DNA of 41,956 nucleotides from Dirinaria sp. TL-2023a (Eukaryota): NCBI GenBank assembly GCA_051941275.1, contig JAVEBF010000036.1, positions 1 to 41,956 of the forward strand, read 5' to 3'. Shown piece by piece: positions 34,810 to 41,956 of this stretch (position 1 is its first letter; each line of letters starts with the position of its first letter). The notes under the pieces were generated by a model. It saw only the letters and a program-made list of their open reading frames with translations, ran no database searches and was not told where the DNA came from. The position numbers and the translations under genes were made by a program.

Positions 34810-37009
34810 GAGCGGGCCATGATACCCATAGAGCATTTCAAACCAAATAATCGTTGAGAAGAAAAAAAGAAAAAAATACACGTAGAACGACGGCAAGAAC
34901 TCAAGTCTAGGTGGTCCTAGGAAATCGATGAGATTGCTGGAATGATAGATCTGGACAATGATACCCCCACGGGAAAGACAGTTGCAGTTCCACTCATGGC
35001 TACGCGCCAATTAATATGTTTGAATCTAATAGATCTATCTAGTCAAAGCTATCGCTACGCATTAATTACGCATTTTTTTGCCAGCACGTTATGAGCAAAG
35101 CTGTTGAAAGACTTCTCAAGGTGACACGACTAATCATGCTTAGCAATTGCCAATTTGAGAAGTCGAGGACGCCAAAAACTTCGTACCTAGCTTGCGAGTG
35201 GTACATTACTCATGGCGTCTAGACCATTATTTAAGCGTATGTTGAGATATCTCATGCTTAGAAGAGGAAATTCTCAGGGACAGATACTATCTTTCTTCGC
35301 CAATAGGGTCGCCATCACGATTCAAGTCCATGAAGTTTCTCAGACAAGGCGAGACTTGAAGCAGAAAAGTTAGTATCAGCGCACACTTCGGAAAACTCAG
35401 ATTAGTTGATGCTCTGTCCAACTCGAGCTGCCGACATAGTAGCGTCCATCATTCCGAATCACAAGACAATGGATATATTCATGTCCCAGAACAGTTCAAA
35501 AATAGCCGGCGAAACAGAAAGGTACCAAACCACGCTTCTCAAGCTAATTATCGTTTACAAGATCTCGCACTATGCTTAACTCTCAACAGCTTCTGCCTGT
35601 ATTTCAGGCTAGGCTATACCCATCCGTATCCTAGGGCACTCTTCCTTATCCCGCGCGCTGAGTACCTGATAATGATACCGCGGGCCCGCTTAAATCTACA
35701 ATGAATTGATAAGGCTCGATGACAATGGAGGAATATTCGCTGAGCATCAAGTACAGAATTATGGATCGCGTCAATGCTATAGGGTTGGGTACTAAGTTTA
35801 TGGTTTTCATGAGCAGGTAGCAGGTCGATATCTCCCTATGCTTTTGATGATATGTTCAAGATCAGTGTTCGAATTTTTGCTGTGGATTGGCACTCGACAG
35901 CCAGGGATCGAAAATCTATTCAAAGCCGTGCATTTCTTGGATGAAATAACTCGTCTATGCAAGACTTTTCAAATCAACGGTAATAAGTCATCAATTGAAA
36001 CAATAATTCAATGCTGAGTTGTAGTGAATTCCTCACTTAGCACTCGAAAGCTCCACTGACCTAATGAAAAGAAGTCTATTACGGTGAACCCGACGAGATG
36101 ATCATCCGATGTGTCTCATCTCAATCACTACAGCAGTACATAAGGGAAGACAGTACGAACCGCTGAAGAGCGCAACTATCGCTCAATCCGACATCAAGTC
36201 TCGTTAAGCAACGTTTACTTACCAGAATTTAAAGAACCGCAACCCGTCAGATCATCCGTTTATCGATATGCATTTGCAGAATGTGAAATATGAAATGAGA
36301 AGAGAGCAACGAAAGAAGCACTTCAATCAAAACAAAGATCTCCCAACTTTCGATCATTTTTGTGAATGGGAGAGAACGGGGGCTCTGCCAAATATATCTG
36401 TCTGTCTTCCTATCCAGGGTATCACCATGGAGAGATTTGCGTTCAGAGCTCAAAGCTAGTGTCTAGCCGACTACTCGCCTTGCCGAGTCTATCGACGAAA
36501 GTAGTAATGGTGGCAAGCGATTGCCGATTTACTCACTCATCAGGGGACTGGGCTACGTGTTCGTTTCCATAACGGTGGAACGCCTCACTCGTTTATCTCA
36601 AGCACAGCTAGTGGGCGCTGCTGCATGAGGATCTGCTGCATGATTACTGCGCTCTCCTGCGGGGTTCTTTTGGCCCTTGATAACGGGGTGTCTTGGCAAT
36701 CAGGCTTCGCCAATTTTGACTCGGAGGTCCTTGTCGCGTCTTTGACTCTCTGAGTAGTCTGAATTTTGTCCCTGATGTGCGGCTTGCCAGATGATTGTCG
36801 TTGGATTTAGCTGCATTGTAGAAACAAAATAGGTAAAGAGTTGGTCTCTCTCAGACCTTGAAAATTGGCGGTCACAAGCTGCGCTTTCGCATTGGCTCTC
36901 TAGCACTCCTACTCTTTTTTTTTTTTCTTTCGTTTAGTTCCCACTTTTTCATTAGTCTCGGAGACCAAAACTAGGCAAAGACAGTGTGATAGCTTATAGA
37001 TTATTCAAT

Positions 37010-39237
37010 ATGTCACCCAGCAACTCAACAATAGCCATGACTACGATCTCCTGGCAAGATATCGCGCTCCAAAAACAGGATCACCGAGATAAGTCGATTG
37101 CAAAAGTCACCCCACCGATTCCCGATATCCCGGATCAATTGCCTCGAGATGTTACCGGCGTTCCAAAAAATCTACTTGACGGCCGTGAAGTGAACATTAC
37201 CGAGAGGTCCACCGAGGCATTGGTCTCTGCTCTCGCCAGAGGCGAACTTACCAGCGTCGAAGTCACAAGAGCTTTTCTCCGTAGAGCGGCTATCGCTCAA
37301 AAGCTGGTACGTGTTTTCTGGCACCGTTTTATTTTTTGGCATAAATGCTTACAGATTGATATCAAAGGTGAACTGCGTGACGGAATTGCTCCCCGAGCGA
37401 GCACTTTCCCGGGCAGAGGAACTCGATAGGTATTTCAGTACCCATAAGAAACCTGTGGGACCGTTGCACGGCCTGCCCATCAGCGTGAAAGATAATATGT
37501 GTATGAAAGGCCTGGCGTGCGACTGTGGGTTCGCTGCTTGGGCGAACAGGATAGCGGATGAGGATGCTTATATCTTGAAAATACTTTGGAGCGCAGGATG
37601 TGTCTTCTATGCGCGGACGACCCTCCCGCAACTTATTGTATGTCGGCCAAGGCTTTCTTCATTATCTCAATACCTTTGATGTCTAAATATCTTTCGAGAG
37701 CATATGCATGTTTTAGGGCACAGGAAGTCATCTACTATCACCGAGCGGGATCGCCTTGCGTTGCAGTCCTCCCGAATCATCATTTTGTTAGCTTGAAGAG
37801 AGGCTTATTTAGAGCCAGATGCATACAGAAACCTCAACCAATCTATATGGCGTCACAACCAATCCTTACAACAGACAATTAACCGCAGGCGGTAGCTCTG
37901 GTGGCGAGGGTGCTCTGATTGGTCTTCGGGGCAGCTGTCTAGGAATCGGGTCCGACATCGGTAAGGTCCTAAAGATGATAGTGAAATGATCGTACGCATG
38001 TAACTTAGTTGAGATAGGAGGAAGTATCCGCGTGCCGGCAGCGCACAACGGTCTTTATGGGCTCCGACCAACATCTCTCCGTCTCCCCTTGTTGGGCGGC
38101 TGGGCTCCGAACATCGGTGTGGACTATATCGCTGCTTCTATAGGACCTTTGAGTACAAGCTTGGAGGGTTTGGAGCTTTTCATGAAGACAGCACTTGCAG
38201 CCAAGCCTTGGCTGGCTGACTCGTCACTGGTTGCAATGCCCTGGAACGACGATGCCTGGAATTTCCGTGCGAAGGACGGCTTACCTGGTCTCAAGATTGG
38301 CGTCATGTGGGACGATCAAGTGGTGAGAGCTCATCCACCAGTCACAAGGGCTCTTCGGGAGGTAGTTAGCCAGCTAGAGAGCATTGAGGGAGTTGAAGTC
38401 GTGAATTTTGAACCCTACAAGCATAACATAGCCTGGGAAATCGCTGTAAGCTAGTCCTCCATTCTCAGCCGGCGCTGCTGCATTTGTCTGATTTAGATAT
38501 AAGCTAGCTTGTACTTGCCTGATGGAGGAGCGCAGGCTACGGAGCTTATAGACTCCACATCAGAGCCTTGGCGGCCATTGTCGAGGTGGATCGTTACAGA
38601 CAACCCCTACGTTAAGCATCGCACAAGCGAAGAGCTCCGGGAGCTGGCCCATCGAAGAGACGAGTACAGATTGGAGTACCTGGAGAGTGAGAGTCCCGCT
38701 CTTGCTAGATTCGGCCAAAATGTGGAGGCTGACTTCACCAGAATGGAATTCGACCGCAATCAGCCGTAAAGCAAACGGTCAACCAGAAGGTGCCATCGAC
38801 GTATTATTGTGCCCCAGTGGACCTGGAGCTGCACTGCCTCTGGATAAAAGTCGCTACTGGGCATACACGAGTCAATGGAACGTATTGGATTACCCCTCGG
38901 TCGTGTTTCCTGTTACGAAAGCGATGCCTGAAGTTGATGTCTTCGAAAACGACTACCAGCCCTGGAACGAGCAAGATCGGTATATCCTTGATTTATGTGA
39001 GTTATTCAATAATGTATCAGTGGAGAACTTTGTGATCTAACCAGGTGATAGACAAGGACCCTGAGGTATACAGAGACTTGCCTATTTCGTTGCAACTTGT
39101 AGGCAGGAGGTTTGAGGATGAGAAGGTTCGCTGCTGCATCTTGATAAGAGACATGATCTTTGCTAATCATGTCATAGCTGATTGCGATTTTGAAATACAT
39201 TCAAGCGCTGATTCAACTTCCATTTGTTAAAATGTAA
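37010..39237 (+). CDS. Amidase-signature family enzyme (acetamidase/general amidase-like), multi-exon
   Basis: GPLHGLPISVKD (catalytic Lys), AGGSSGGEGAL, GIGSDIGGSIRVPAAHNGLYGLRP (Ser-cisSer), YTSQWNVLDYP, LPISLQLVGRRFEDEK; last exon 39178-39237. Confidence 0.93.
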
Positions 39238-40253
39238 ATGCCAGCTGGACGTCGTGGCACCTCGATATTCTGTAAAGCTCTTGTATCTAGTTCTGCAATT
39301 AGGATCTCCCGTCGAAAGACGATTTGACAAATTCACGACTCGTAGCTGGATTCTGTCGGGATCAAGCATTCTTCCTAGATTTTTAAAGTCTATGTCGAGA
39401 GAACTCAAAGTGAAGCGCATTGATGTAACGAGATGAACTTGCGAGAGTGCTAAGAAGCAAGTAAAGTGATATTGGTACCGCTGATCGTATTCACTCAGAC
39501 ACTTTAAATCACTGGAGCCGAGGAAATGGTAAGTGATCCATGAGGGAAGGTGCATTGGTCCACGAGCGGCTCGATTCTGCTTTCAACCATATGAGAAGCT
39601 AGATGACGGCCTAGGAATGTATATATTCTCGAAAAAGAATTTCAGATTGAAACACTCTCTTGCAGCATGAGGTGAGCAGCGAGATACAGAAACTTCTGTA
39701 GATTGCTAACTGCCAGAAGGCAGATTGGTGTACAGAGGGTTCTGCTCTAGTCAAATGAGGTCTAGAGGCCCTCAAGACAAGACAAACTCCGAATTACAGA
39801 GCAATTTCCATTTTCAACACATCCTAAAGTAGATAAAGTGTGACTGGTGAGAGCCAAGATCTGGTTGGGAACCTAAGAGTCTGCTTATATGTGATCGAAC
39901 ATGTGTCTTTAGACAACAATGACTATCATTGCATTGAGAAGAAAAGTAAGGTTTATGCAAAGTGGACCGTGTCCGTAGCAACAGTCGACACACGGAGGCG
40001 GCGGCAGTGACGCAACACCTACTGGGGTGTTCCTTGAGCCGAATCTACCCTATGATAAACAGCCCGTTACGAGGCTCACGTCGTCCGTTGAATCATCAGT
40101 CATTATCTCTTCACGGAATTACCGTGACTTGACTGCAACGATCTGACATCTCACTCCAATATCATCAGCTGGCTCATCAAATGTAACCTTTCTTCTACGC
40201 ACCCCATCCTTTTCAGGTCTTTCAAACGCATGCTAATAACAGGGTAGAGCATC

Positions 40254-40941
40254 ATGCCGCATTCGCCATACAACACAACCGTCTATCCGCCGATTAGGAA
40301 CTTCGGCGACACCAAGCGAGATTTTGGTATTCACCGAGGGGCTTTCGACAACGGCGACGAAAACGAGTACAGGGAGGGAGAGCTGCTAGACATTGGCGAA
40401 GCGTTGCTCGACCAATGTGATTTTCTCGAAAAAAAGCTCAATATCAAGGTCCATATCTACCTTCTTCATGACAATCTACCGACATGGATAATTCGACTGC
40501 TGACGTGGCGTGCATGCCTTCTTTATAGAAACGCGAATACAATCATCTTGCTGAACAGTACGATGAGCTAAATGAGAAGAATCAGGCGCTTGAGGGAAAA
40601 ATCAAGGCTCAGGAATTGGAAATTGAGGCGCTGAAGAGAGAGTCTGGGACAAAGTCCGCAACGGGAGTTGGAGGGCAGCTTGACTCTGTACGAGATGGCC
40701 TTGGGGAAGAAGCCAATTCTCAGGATTCAAATTCGGAGGTTCATCAAACAGAAAAGCAGGAAGAAAAGTGTGTGTGACTAATACTTCTACGTCCTCCAAG
40801 TGCTAATTTGTTTGCAGCAACGGATCTCCCGATACTGCGACAACGACAAATCCGTTAAAGGGAGGCGCTGCGACCGACTCCAAGGCAGATAAAAAGCCCG
40901 TGAAGAAGGGAAGAAAGAAACAGGGAAAGAAGCAGAAGTAG
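40254..40941 (+). CDS. Hypothetical coiled-coil protein with a basic C-terminal (NLS-like) tail, 3 coding exons
   Basis: Splicing at about 40449-40528 and 40768-40817 joins ...DFLEKKLNIK|KREYNHLAEQYDELNEKNQALEGKIKAQELEIEALKRE... to ...DKKPVKKGRKKQGKKQK* (TAG 40939-40941); branch points gctgac and gctaat are present. Confidence 0.6.
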
Positions 40942-41956
40942 CATCGTGAAAGGCTTATGCAAGCAGCGAGAAGATACATAGTTGCAGGCGCATACTCGAT
41001 AAAAATAAGAAGAGCACACTGCTCTCTACTATGCCAGAGTTTTAGTAGCCAATTTGCTCAGAAGACAAAAACGAGCTGTTCTGTGGTGGTGAATGCTCTT
41101 TTCAGAGACTTCAAAACTTTATCAAGATCTGTATACGACATGCTGAAGAAGTTGAATTCAAAAGGACCTTTTCCTTCTCGTTTTATTTTTTTGCCAGTGT
41201 ACAATCTCGAACCTTGCATTCACTCCGGGCGATTCTATTCTCATAGGAATAGGCGTTCACAGCCTTTAGGAGTAGCTTAATTAATGGCATTTTGAAGCAC
41301 TTTGGGAGGCAGTCTTCCTCAGCAATCGCTCTCAGCACTCAAGTGAGCCTATTCAGATTTGGCAGCCCACGCCATGGCAGACTGAAAAGAGACTGCTATC
41401 GACACGGATCTTCTCCCTTGAACATACTTTCCAAATAGATTTTCAAATTTCAATCTTCGCTGCTCAGGTCCCCAATCCTACATACGCCGATTTTTGGGCC
41501 TATTTCGGGAGGCATTCTCGGTCTTCTTTGGCGCTCGGGATGAGTTGTAGCAATCGTTCGTAGCGTGAGAAGCGAGAAGGAAGAATCCTTCTGAGCCGGA
41601 AGGAAGAATCCTTCAAGACGCTTCATAGGCAGGGGCACTCTACTCTGACGTCTGTGGCTAAGCAACCCCACGGTCGCGTATTGGCGAAAAATCCTAGACG
41701 GATCCTCGTACCAGTACATAATAATTCGAGGATTACAACACTGCGTGGGTTTGTCAAGGTACTTTTGTCAGATACTGTATCTCAACCTGAAATCAAGATC
41801 CGCTGCCACATTGTCAAATCGAAATCTAAAGTCAATCATGCTCACAATCATCGCTTTCCTCATTGCAGCGCTGCTCCCTTGGTCCAGTTTAGCTGAACCA
41901 CATCAGCCCACGCCACAACAGTCTACATCAGAGCCTCTGAACATCACCACTATAGC

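Noticed and set aside
4130..39555. Many short overlapping or antisense ORFs in the track, often with GTG/TTG starts
   Set aside because: They are shadows of real exons or chance frames; the DNA is eukaryotic and spliced. No tRNA, rRNA, CRISPR array or intact transposase was recognised.
41576..41614. Two copies of the 16-mer GAAGGAAGAATCCTTC, each a small inverted repeat, 7 nt apart
   Set aside because: Only two units with a very short spacer; not CRISPR-like, most likely a local duplication.

Overview
Eukaryotic DNA from a filamentous ascomycete. It has GT..AG introns with CTRAC-type branch points, and the secreted-protein families suggest a lichen-forming fungus, though this is not proven. 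The region looks accessory and partly decaying. The left end is an AT-rich tract with no CC/GG dinucleotides in its first 302 nt, followed by a PTH11/rhodopsin-like membrane pseudogene. Next comes an intronless block: a 468-aa unknown protein with a His/Asp motif, a Gph-like HAD phosphatase, a divergent uracil-phosphoribosyltransferase-like gene, a disrupted phage-like small gene and an SDR. The middle holds a two-domain secreted protein, an AusD/Trt5-like methyltransferase, an F-box relic, a secreted GH31 alpha-glucosidase and a frameshifted small secreted protein. The right part holds a compact module (kinase-vWA gene head-to-head with a spliced 74-aa microprotein and a CorA-like two-TM protein lacking GMN), an amidase and a coiled-coil orphan. 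Two candidate undescribed systems stand out: the unknown/HAD/UPRT trio as a possible nucleoside-analogue cluster (4114-8124), and the kinase-vWA/microprotein/CorA-like module as a possible immunity or allorecognition unit (28189-34809). All family calls come from reading motifs by eye, with no database search, and exon boundaries are manual.
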